Below, in pieces: positions 1-11,500 of a stretch of 64,000 bases of DNA. A model generated the notes under the pieces. It ran no database searches, was not told the DNA's origin, and worked only from the letters and a program-made list of their open reading frames with translations. Origin of the DNA: Candidatus Magasanikiibacteriota bacterium. Lineage in GTDB: Bacteria; Patescibacteriota; Patescibacteriia; Magasanikbacterales; GWA2-37-8. The DNA lies in assembly GCA_963802255.1 (NCBI GenBank), contig CAWDHY010000001.1, positions 299,842-363,841 of the forward strand, read 5' to 3'. The position numbers and the translations under genes are program-made. The stretch's first letter is position 1; each line of letters opens with the position of its first letter.

Positions 1-117
1 GAGGGCACTATCATCATTCGTGACATGGAATCAGGCATTCAGGAAATTGTAGATCAAAAAAAGGCGGAAAATATTGTAAAAAAGAAGCTTAAAAAATTTG
101 ACGATGGGGATAAATAG
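1..117 (+). CDS. 3' end of an upstream gene (partial CDS, product unknown)
   Basis: Open frame from the window edge, ...EGTIIIRDMESGIQEIVDQKKAENIVKKKLKKFDDGDK, ending at TAG 115-117. The N-terminus lies outside the window. Confidence 0.3.
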   Translation, partial: EGTIIIRDMESGIQEIVDQKKAENIVKKKLKKFDDGDK

Positions 118-164
118 CAGTATAATAATAATGTTTAAATTATTAATAATTCTTAGAAACGGAG

Positions 165-413
165 GTGAATTTTGTGTCAGAAATTAAACGAAAGAAAAAC
201 GAATCGTTTGAGGCCTTTATACGCCGCGTTAAAAAGCGTTGGCAACAGTCAGGTAAAATACTCCAGGTTAAAAAAATCCAATTTCACGAAAGCGAAAAAA
301 GTCGCACAATGCGTCGAAAAAGCGCGTTGCACAAATTGGGAGTAGCCACAAAAATGGAGTATCTGAAAAAGATCGGCCGTCTGCCAGAGGAAAACAAACA
401 TAGACGTCGATAA
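165..413 (+). CDS. rpsU: 30S ribosomal protein S21
   Basis: 82-aa basic protein with the S21-like pattern ESFEAFIRRVKKRWQQSGKILQVKKIQFHESEKSRTMRRKSA. GGAGGTG at 161-167 favours the GTG at 174 as the real start over the GTG at 165. Confidence 0.8.
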   Translation: MNFVSEIKRKKNESFEAFIRRVKKRWQQSGKILQVKKIQFHESEKSRTMRRKSALHKLGVATKMEYLKKIGRLPEENKHRRR

Positions 414-427
414 ATTTTATTTCTTCA

Positions 428-2575
428 TTGCTTCCCATGCTTCAATGGATTAATAAACCTGGTAAAAATTTAAAAAAAGCCGCCACTATAGGAGGACTTA
501 TTTTAGTGGCGGTATTTTGTTTGTATTTTGCTTTTGGAAATATCGGCCAGGCGCAGGCCGGAGCGTTAAGTCAGGCAGATCCGAATGCCGAGTTGTTACA
601 GGGAGTAACCAGCATCGAGGAGCCGCTTGGATTGCCTTCCACAGATATTCGCCAGATTGTAGCCAATATAATCCGGATTGCGTTAGGCCTTGTCGGAATA
701 GTCCTTATTGTCATTATCATGTATGGAGGTTTCTTATGGATGACTGCCGGTGGCAACGAAGAACAAATTGGCAAAGCCAAGAAAATTTTGGTTAACGCGA
801 TAATTGGCTTAATAATTATTTTATCCGCTTACGCTATTGTTTTGTTTGTCATGAGGATGCTGGGTATTGGCGCTGGCGGAGGTGGAGCAGGAATACTTGC
901 CGCACCAAATACACAAAATTTTCGCGGTAGCGGTGCTTTAGGCAGGGTAATAAAAGATCATTATCCAAACCGCAACCAAACAGGAGTGCCGCGCAATACA
1001 AAAATCGTGGTCACGTTTTTCAAACCGATTCAAATCAGTAATCTAGCACAAGATACAAATAATTCCGGCATAATTGGAGATTGTATCACAGCATCGCCAT
1101 TCAATTGGGAAACGAGTTGCGATCAATTGATTTTGAGCAATGATTTAATAAATATTTCGGAAATAATTCCGGCAACTTCAACAACAGGCACGCCGACCTA
1201 CAAACCAATTCGCGGCGCCGCTTTTATGGCCGCTTCATCTACTGACGCGACAACCGGTATTTCCGGTATCTATACTTTCGTGATCAGACCATATGATTAT
1301 CTTGGTTCGGAAACTGAAGACGTCCCGTATATTGTACATTTAGGTAATGGCATCCAAAGGGACGATCCTGATCTGAACGTAAAAGGTATATTTGAAAGTA
1401 ATTCAGGCGTTAAATATTATGAGTGGACTTTTATCTGCGGAACAGAATTGGATTTATCTCCGCCACACGTGACTGATGTTTATCCGACAGGCGAAGAATA
1501 TAAAAATACAGTAATACAAATTAGTTTTAATGAAGCCATGGATCCGATCGGCGTTCAGGGTGATTTTGCGTTGTCCGGAACGGAAGGACAATACTTTTTG
1601 CAGAACGGATTTATTTACATGAAAAATAATAACAGCACTCTGCCGATAGGTTCATTTAATCTGGTAAATAATTACCAGACATTGGAGTTCACACCCAGAA
1701 CACAGTGCGGAGTAAACGCATGCGGTGGTCCGATATATTGCATGCCGGTGTGCGATAAGGCGGGGGCGACATGTGAAACGGATAATTACGAATTATTACT
1801 GCGCGCGGCAGCAACTCTTACCACCAGTACTTTTGAATCTCAACCGTTTACCGGTGTGGCGGATATTTGCGGTAATGCATTAGACGGCAATAATGACGGT
1901 GTAGTAGATACTGCCCCGTTAACCGAACCGGTATTTAATAACCAAAAATTTGCTGACAACTATTGGTGGGGATTTAGTTTGATCGATGAAATGGATCTGA
2001 TCCCGCCGATTATTTCTCAAACTGTTCCCGGTCCGGAAGCTCCGGAAATTGTCGGAGAAGATGAATGGAGTATGTGGTTTAATGAACGAATGCGCATCGA
2101 TCCGATGTACACAATTGATATTGGTGAATCGCCGACTCCGGCTGAGCGTTGCGCTTGTTTCACTCAAAATCCTGATACAGGAGTTTGCATCGCTCTTCCT
2201 TCCAATCAGTGTATTTTAGATTTGCTTTGGAAAGTGCCATTCGTCAGTTTTACAACAAACACACCTATTACTAAAACAAATATGCGCCATGGGCCTTTCT
2301 TAGACGGACGCTTGCAATATTACATGCCATTGATCTCTTCAGCTGTTGAAGACGCACATTTTAATTGCCTGTTTCCCGGTCAGGGTCCTATAGAAGGTGC
2401 TTATATCACCGATAAATTGTCTTCATATTGCGGTACTGGTAGCACGGCATCGTGTTGTATCAAAAATGGCAGCAAAACATTTTGCTGTAATGCCAGCGAC
2501 ATGGTGAATAATGATAATAACAACGAAGTAACGGTTAACGCTTGTAAAAATAGCTTAGAATTTCCAGCAGATTAG
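428..2575 (+). CDS. secreted/surface protein with a VirB2/TrbC-like two-helix N-terminal module (T4SS-pilin-like), Gly-rich linker, Ig-like and Cys-rich C-terminal region
   Basis: N-terminal hydrophobic segment, then LGLPSTDIRQIVANIIRIALGLVGIVLIVIIMYGGFLWMTAGGNEEQIGKAKKILVNAIIGLIIILSAYAIVLFV. This module is about 70% identical to the N-terminus of the next ORF. It is followed by GIGAGGGGAG and a Cys-rich C-terminus. Confidence 0.6.
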   Translation: MLPMLQWINKPGKNLKKAATIGGLILVAVFCLYFAFGNIGQAQAGALSQADPNAELLQGVTSIEEPLGLPSTDIRQIVANIIRIALGLVGIVLIVIIMYGGFLWMTAGGNEEQIGKAKKILVNAIIGLIIILSAYAIVLFVMRMLGIGAGGGGAGILAAPNTQNFRGSGALGRVIKDHYPNRNQTGVPRNTKIVVTFFKPIQISNLAQDTNNSGIIGDCITASPFNWETSCDQLILSNDLINISEIIPATSTTGTPTYKPIRGAAFMAASSTDATTGISGIYTFVIRPYDYLGSETEDVPYIVHLGNGIQRDDPDLNVKGIFESNSGVKYYEWTFICGTELDLSPPHVTDVYPTGEEYKNTVIQISFNEAMDPIGVQGDFALSGTEGQYFLQNGFIYMKNNNSTLPIGSFNLVNNYQTLEFTPRTQCGVNACGGPIYCMPVCDKAGATCETDNYELLLRAAATLTTSTFESQPFTGVADICGNALDGNNDGVVDTAPLTEPVFNNQKFADNYWWGFSLIDEMDLIPPIISQTVPGPEAPEIVGEDEWSMWFNERMRIDPMYTIDIGESPTPAERCACFTQNPDTGVCIALPSNQCILDLLWKVPFVSFTTNTPITKTNMRHGPFLDGRLQYYMPLISSAVEDAHFNCLFPGQGPIEGAYITDKLSSYCGTGSTASCCIKNGSKTFCCNASDMVNNDNNNEVTVNACKNSLEFPAD

Positions 2576-2585
2576 TTAATAAAAC

Positions 2586-5500
2586 ATGATGCAAAAATTG
2601 AACTGGAAAAAATTATTACTGGTCACATTATTTTTAGCCGGTATCGGCGTGTTTTTGCTTGCCGCTGTTTCACTCGCACAGACAAATGTGCCTGATTTGG
2701 GACTGGAGCCTGTTGGTCAAGAATTGGGTTTGCCGGACACTGATATAAGAGTAATTGCCGCCCGCATTATTCGCGTGGCGCTTGGATTTTTGGGTATCAT
2801 AGCGTTAGTTTTGATTTTGTATGCCGGTTTTGTCTGGATGACTGCCGGGGGCAATGAAGAAAATATCCAAAAAGCGAAAAGGATTTTAATGAACGCAGTG
2901 ATTGGTTTGATTATTATTTTGTCCGCTTATGCCATTGTTAGTTTTGTATTGAGTTCTTTGCTTAGTGCGACTACTGGCGGTGATGGCGGCGGCGGAGGCG
3001 GTGGCGGCGGCGGCGGAGGATTTTCTAAAGTTTTTTATATTACCTCCATGCCAGGCAATGACTTCGGTTGTGGCGCGCGTAATTTGCACCCTGTAATCAG
3101 GTTTAATAAACCCGTCGATCTCACCACAATTGAAAACAATTTAGTATTAAGAAAAAAAATTGATGCGTCGCCGGCAAATGGAGAGTGGGTTTTTCAAGTT
3201 GTTAATAGTGTACCGATTACCAGCGCGGTAGTATTTAATCCGGTGGGTGATTGTGGTATTGAAGGTCACAATGATTGTCTTGATGCTAATTCTACGTATC
3301 AAATATTTTTTGCCAATGCAACAAATATCAAGAGCCAGTCTCCGGATATTTTGAACTTAAACTGCAATGTAGGCGATTACAAAAATCAATGCAAAAATGA
3401 TCCGTCAGTCGAGTTTGCCACCGGTGATGGTGTTGATGTGGAAAATCCGACAATCACAATTATTAATCCTTTTGACGGCCAGAGTTTCGGTCAGGGTCAA
3501 AGCGTATCAGTAGAGGTGATTTTTACCGACAACTTTGGATTACAGGATTTGGCATTATTCATTAACAGCAGCAGTGTTCCTGTTGATACAGCGTCAATAA
3601 CAGGATGCCAAAAATCAGGAACTTCAACATTGGTTTGGCCTACTGGGTCGTCTCCGACCGGCACATATGCACTCACTGCTTTAGCAACGGATTTTGCGGC
3701 AAATTACTCAACAGATATCCGTAATATAAGTTTAGTACCACTCCATTGTTTTGATAGTTTATTAAATTTTGGAGAAACAATAGCCGGACCGCCGGCTTGC
3801 GGAGATGGTTGTGGAAATTGTTCAGGAGAACCATGTACACAAAACAGCGATTGCGCCAGCGGCTGGTGTGAAGATGGAATTTGTATTGATAAAATCCGGA
3901 TAAATTTATTTGACCCGCTAGATGGCGCGGCGAGTTCTACCTATGTGACGATATCAGGTCAATTTTTTGGCGATGATGGTGGGCACGTATATTTTACAAA
4001 ACAAGGCGGAGGATGGACTGAAGCGTTTATTGTCAGTTGTGGAGCCGGTATTGATAATTGGACTCCGTATCAATTGGTTGTAAAAGTTCCGCCGAATGCG
4101 GACGATGGGCCGATTAAGGTTGCGCATGCCAGCGCGCCTTCAGACGGTTCTGACGATATCACCAGAAGATATACTGATATCACCGATGACACTTCTTGGG
4201 GTTATTATAAAAATTTCAACGTTAACGATGTAATCAAACCGGGTCTTTGTGCCCTCATCCCAAGTTATGGTCCTCCGTATAGCTCCACAACATTAATTGG
4301 TGAGAATTTTGGCGCCACCAACAATTCGGCGCAAGACAAAGTAATGTTCAGTTCTTCCACGGCGTTGATTCGCGATTGGGCCAGCCGAACTGTCACAGCG
4401 CGAGTGCCGGCGCTTGGCACCGGTCCGGTGGCGGTAAAAATACTTAATGAAGGAGAAGAGAGTAACGCCGTGCGATTTGATGTTAGAGAATCACTTGATA
4501 ATGATACACCGGTGATTGAAAGTATTAATCCTGAAGACGGAGCGAAGGGCGAATATATTACTATTACCGGCAAGAATTTTGGAAATAATGTCGGTAAAGT
4601 ATTGTTTAAATTTGAAGGCGAGGGTGAAGCAAAATATGGAAGTTTTGATTTTCCGGCTGATTGTGAGGGTTCTACATGGTCAAACAATCAAATCATAGTT
4701 AAGTTTCCCGAAGACGAACCTGTGGTCGTTGACCATGATTATTCCGTTCAGATTCAACGTTCCAGCGACGCGAAAATTGGGCCGATTGGCGCGTACTTTC
4801 AACTTCACAGCGGAAATCCTGCTCCGGGTATCTGTAAATTGAGTCCGAGTTCCGGTCCGGTGCCGTTTAACCCGAGCAGCTCAATGAAGATTTACGGTGA
4901 ATATTATCAGCGCGGCGGTTCAACATCAACGCCGTATTTTTGGCAATTGGAAGCATCAACTACAACGATAGAAGATCGCGTTGAAGCCACTGATATTATT
5001 CAGGAATCTGATCAGCAGGCAGAGCTAAGGCCCCCGGAAGATTCTCAAACCGGTCCGGTAGTAATGCACCGCGCTTCTGAAAATAAAACAGGCAACAGTC
5101 TGCCGTTTACCGTCTACAATTGTGTTGAAAATAATAATATATGCTATTCACCCGGCACCCGTTGCTGTACCTCCGGAGCTGATGCGGGTGCATGCAAATT
5201 AGAATTTGATTTATGCGCCGGGCAAACGAGATCTACGGGTTATATGTGGCGGTTTAGTACCGGCCCATTTCCTCCGGTACCGAAAGTGATGGAACGCTGT
5301 GACGCGGGAACAGACGCCGGAGAAAATTTACCATCCCCATCGCCGGATATTCGTTGGACCGGGCTTGGCAATTTTGATCATTTTAATGCCTGCAGGACAT
5401 CGCTCGTAAATATTGAATTTACCATGAAAATGGATCCGGCGACTATCAATGCTACAAATGTGCAAATATTTAAATGCGTCAGCTCCAGCGTTACCACGAC

Positions 5501-8500
5501 TTTTGCTAATGACATTAACACTTGTACGCATGACGGTGCCGCTCTTATTATGGCGGATGGAAGTTATGAATTGGATACGGGTTCCGGAGGAGAATTTGGC
5601 GACACAAGTTTTATGCAGATGATACCATCAGCATTGCGTTGGGCTGACAACACATGGTATCAAGTCGTCTTAAAAAAGGGCGTTAAATCTCTGCCGAGCC
5701 AGTATGAATACAAAGGTGAGATTAAGACATTACCTGCTCAAAATTTAACCACTAATAATCCTTGTGGTACAGATACTGCGTATTGTTTTATTTTCAAGAC
5801 TGATACGCGTGATTGTAAATTAAATAAAGTGGTTGTTACTCCTTACACATACTGGACTTCCATTTTAGAGTCGCCAATTAAGTACAGAACTATAAAAAGT
5901 AATGCCGACGATTTAGGTTCAACATTATATTACAAGGGTAATGGTTTAAGCGACCAGCATTGTATCATGATGGATATGAGGAGTTTTAATTGGAGTTGGG
6001 ATACACAGCGCCCTCCATATTCAATGATTTATGGCACGAGCACTTTACAAAAATCGCAGGCCACGGCATTAGCAAATACTGTAGCGGTTGGGCTTGCAGA
6101 TCCGGAAAACGCAGTGATGATAAGAGCGACTGCAAGTAGGGGAGGTATTGGAAGTAGCGTGGAGCCACCATTGGTTGATCCGACCCTTTTTCCAATGGCA
6201 GGTTGGTGGAATTTTGATGAAGGTGGTACAGAAATAACTGATATTAGTGGAAATGGACATAACGGAGTAATTCAAGGTCCGGCAACATTTGTGCCGGGAA
6301 AAATTGGTTCCGCAATATATTTAAATGGTTCCGGTAATTATGTTCCGTTGGAGAGCCCATTGTCTTTACCGGGCGGGCTATCATCCCGCACAATGTGCGC
6401 TTGGGGAAAACCGGATGATATTTCCGGCGGATGGCGCTGGATGATGGCGTATGGCAGGGGAGCGTCCGGACAAGCAATGTTTATCGGAATGAACGGTACT
6501 AGTCTTGACGGCGGTGCGTATGGCGGCGGATATGACATCATTGTTAATGATTTTTGGTCGGCCGGTGTTTGGCGGCACATATGTTTAACCTATAATGGCA
6601 GTGTTGCAAGATTATACGCTGATGGGTCTGAAATTGGCCACTTAAATGTTGGTTGGAATTTACAATTACAAAAAGCATATATCGGCGCCCAAGTACATTC
6701 GAGTGCCAATGAGTTTTGGAAAGGCGCGATTGATGATTTAAGAATTTTTGACTACGCGTTGTCCCAGGAAGAAATCGTTGCTCTATATGAATATGGAAAT
6801 AGCGGTGGGATTTTGGGCGGAGGGGGCAGTGTCGAATATGAAGAAAAAATGGGACAGAGTCCTCTCACAATTGATTTATCTCGTCCGAAAGTTGTGGATT
6901 ACTGGCCGAAATGTTTAGAGGCTTGCACCAATGCTGAAATTGGAGCCAAATTTAATGTGATAATGGCCAACGCAAATATAGAAAATGCGGTAAAACTTGT
7001 CCGTTGTTTGGATGAAAATTGCGCGTCAACTGTTCCGGTTGGGGAGATAAGCAAAATTATTGATTCTGCCGACCGTCGTTATATTAAATTAAATTTTGGC
7101 ATATTGGGTGGAGAACTGGCGACTGATACTGTTTACGCCGTAACTTTATCAACCACCGGTACAAGTACGGCAATATCAAATTATCAACTTTGGTCGGGAG
7201 CAAGCGCAACGGATGAATACGCTAAGGCAAAACCAATGCAAGAGGAATTTATCTGGCGTTTTAAAACAAAAAAAGAAAAGTGTGTTTTAGACAAGGTCAA
7301 TATTATCCCGGCTCTCTTCCAGGCGGTTTTCATTAACGACAGACATGTATATTCTTCTGAAGCTCGTTCCGCCCCGGACGCATGTGATCCAAAGGGACAG
7401 AAGCTGGATACATGGACAATTGATTGGGACTGGTCTTCTTCTGCTTCGGATGTTGCCACGGTTCAAGAATTTAAAACAAAAGGAAGAAGTCCTGTGTGTA
7501 ATAATAACTGTGTAAGAAAAGGAAGTGATATAACTTCTGACGCTTTGACGTTTGAACCGCTGTGCGGGAATGCAAGCGTGGAGGCAGGTGAAGATTGCGA
7601 CCCGCCATTTATCAGCGTTGTCGGAAGTGTCACTACCACTGCTTGTACATTAAATTGTTTACGACCGGGCAATGAGTTTACGGCGACTTGTGGTAATGGC
7701 ACAGTAGAACCTCTTCTCGGTGAAGAATGTGATCCGGCTGACGATGCTACAAAAGTCGGTTGTTCAAAAAATTGTTTGCATATCGGTTCAGTGGCGGCTA
7801 CCGGGGCTGAAGATGTAACAGCCTCAATTTGCGGTAATGGGAAAATTGGTATGGGTGAAGAGTGTGATTTAGGCATGGCGGTTGATTATACAAAATCAAC
7901 GTCTTCATTATATTGCTCTCCGTATTGCTTGCATCTTGGAACAAGTTTATCTTCCGGATGGTGCGCGAATAATACCAGCACTCTATTTGGCCAGGTTGAA
8001 TATTTATCCGCTTGCGCAAAATCAAAAAGCCAATGCGGAGATGGTATACGCGACCCGTCTGAAGACCCGGGCTGTGATTGCGGAGAGGGAAATGTGCCAA
8101 ATTCAAGCCACATGTGCGTTTGTAACGGTGTAATGATATCGGCTAACGACCTTGACCAATGTCTAAAAGTAAATCCCGCCTGCTCTGCAAAATGTCTCGG
8201 CAATTCTCGTTTGCTGGCTGAATGCAATCCGTTGTCTACTACTACTGTTGGTGGCATTACAGTTGTTCGCGCCACCGAAGGATGTGGTGACAATTCTCAA
8301 TATCAAGGGTCATCTTTAATGTATTCCGTACCATCCCTTTGCGGTGATGGTATTGTCGGAATTGGCGAGGAAAATGATTGTGAGTCAGGATTTTTATTTA
8401 CTCACTCGCTGACTGACCCATGGACACTCGCTACCGGCGTCGGCCTAGGCGCGGTGGTGACTTCGTCAAGCGGTATTCCTTCACAGGTAACCAATATTCA

Positions 8501-11500
8501 AGGAACCGGTTCGTCAACTGTTAACAGTAAAAATTATCAAAAATCCGGAACCGGGAAATTTGAAATTATTTGCGGGTACAGCACGGATATTGAATGCCAA
8601 GATTTACTCGGCGACGAATACGGTTTAGCGAGCAATTCTTGCTGTATGCCGCGGCCGTGGCTTATCAGTACGTATCCGGATAAAAATGATATAAATCCGC
8701 CGTATGATATTTGTCCCAACACATATATTGAAGCTAAATTTAATCATCTTATAGATGAAAACACACTGATAAATCAAATATATGTTGCTCGAGGCTACAC
8801 AACTCCTTCTTGTCCAACCGGCACAGTTGATGTAACACCGTTTGTGTCTGATTATGAAATTTTGGTCATTGATAAAGGGCCTTGGTACAAGCGTTTATGG
8901 CACGGCATTGTTAATTGGTTTGCCAGAATTTTCGGCGACGAAACATCTGCCGCGCCGATTGAAATTACCGCCACAAAATATTGTTCCGAAGGAGTTCTTC
9001 CGCCGGCAAAAGTTGCAGTTGAGGGATCAATGTCCGGCGCTAATACCACTTCCAGCGTAATGATACGCTTAAACACTCCGCTTGCCACTAGCACTGATTA
9101 TGTGGTTATTTTCCGGCCTGGTGTTAAAGACGTGCGAGGGGTAAGTGTTGCCACTTCAACACAATGGAAATTTATTACCGGTCCGAAAATATGTGAGTTA
9201 AATCGGGTGGCAATTAACCCGGACAATTATATGTTTAACCGATCCGGCAGTTCAAGCAGTTTTGTTGCCAGTTCAAGCGCTATAAACGGGCAGTCAATTC
9301 AGCCGGTAGAAGGATACAGATGGGAATATGAATGGAGCCCGATGCAAAGCGATGTGGTATCGTTAACCAACACCACGGACACAATAAATATAGTGACCGC
9401 AAAAAATAGAAACGGTGAGCTGGATCTTCTGGCAACAGCGAAATTTACGGAAAATTGGTTTTTCTTTGATTCGCCGTCGTTATCCGGTAAATCACGTATA
9501 GTTGTATTTCTGTGCGAAAATCCATGGCCGTCTTCTTCAACCATAGATTTTCCGTTTAAAGAAATTGAATACGATTTCACCACATATTATTGTATGGACA
9601 AAGGCAGTCCGGGATTTGCTGATGACATGCCTTACGTAACTTCTTCACGTGTGTGGATACAGGAAACGAATCCTTTTAAAAAGCGATATTTATTTACGAA
9701 TTCCGATAATAAAGATGCCATTGGCATGCAGGTGTTTTATAATCCGGAACATTTGTCTGTTAGCGAGTGGTATACCGCTCAGGGTTTTCGCGGGAATATG
9801 AATTCACTAAAAATAGACGGCTATGACGCGATAAGCGATGGAAATAATTATTATGTTGATGCTTTAAGCTTTTCCAATGCCAATAATATCTATTCAAATA
9901 TTTATCAATTCAGTATTAACAATGACGCCACTAATGATGGTAAGGAGATATTTAAACAGATGATGGAGAACATTAAATTTAACAGCGGATTAATTAATGA
10001 TAAATATTGCGCTGTCGGTTATGGTCCAATGGATACCGTTCGCTATGATATGGCCTGTGAAAGCGATTTGGATTGCCTCGCTAACATGGAAGCGTTTAAA
10101 AAAGTTTATCCAACTTCAACTTTAAGTGCTTATAATTGTTTAAATCAAAAAGATAAGTTGCAAAGAAATTATCAGCGGTTGAAAGATATGAGACAGGCGG
10201 TTTCAATAATAAATTATGGCAGAGGAGCGATTGCTGTTTTGCCGATGGATAGTGTGAATTATGGAAAAACGCCGGATATCACAAAAAAGGGAAATGACCT
10301 GACGATCACCGATTCAAACGGAATATCACTGGTCGGTGGCGCTTTAAAACTATCCGGCTCCGGCCGTTTAGAAACAGAGGCGTCTATAGGATTAATGGTC
10401 GGCTCAAAATCATTTACCGTGACCGGTAAAATAAATACAGTATTGGATGAAGCTACTCGTTTAATGCGAATTACTAATAGTACCGGCGATGGTATGAGTT
10501 TGGAACTATCTAATGAAGGGAAAATGACTGTGTGTAATGGTCCAGAAGTCGGTACTATGTGTATATCGCCGGCTAGCTGTTCAACCATGCCGTCATTAAA
10601 CGATGGATCTTGGCATAATTTTGCATTAGATTTTACTCAGTCATCACCTGATAAAATAAGGGTTTATATTGATGGAGAATTGGCCTGCAGCAGCACCGGA
10701 TCATTCCCCAGCATGCCATCATCAGCTAAATTAGTAATTGGTGGCTATTCTAGTGACAATATATTTGATGGTTCTATTGATGATCTACGAATTTATACAC
10801 GTGATTTGTCCGAAGACGAAATATCCGCCTTATACGCAAATAATTTACCATATAAAGGCAGTTATCCGACAATAAACGAAAATACATATCTTAATGGGCA
10901 GGCAATTAGCGTCTGGGATAATTCTTGGACACAGCTTGGGACGGAAGCGGGTATGTCATTACCGATTGATCCGATAAACAGGCTGGTGCAAAGCGGCACC
11001 TGTTTCCAAAAGACCGGTATTTCTTACAGTGCGTGTTACAAAGATTCAGATTGCGCCGTTATACCGCAACTTAGTAATAGACAAAGTTATTGGTCGGCTG
11101 ATTATGAAACGACCGATGAAGGTGTTTTGAAAAATAATGCTGCCATTGAGGGTTCTGTAGATTATGGCGATGGCAAAGGGCACGGCAAGGCCTTTGAATT
11201 TTCCGGTGATTCAACAGCAAAAGTCATGGCAGCGCATAATAATGCATATAATAGCAGTCAATTCACTGTTTCCGCCTGGATTTATCCGACAAAAAAGAAT
11301 ACGGCCACAATTATTAAACATGGAGGTACGGATGGTAATGGCATTAGCCAGGGTGGTTTTGCTCTTGAATATAGCGGTTTTTGGACCGGTGTCGTCGGCT
11401 CAAGCGTTGTCACCAGATTTAATAATGGAACAGTCAGGTTTGCTTTTTTCACCACATCAACATCAGAGACTAAATATTATTCTTTGGATTCAAACGGCAC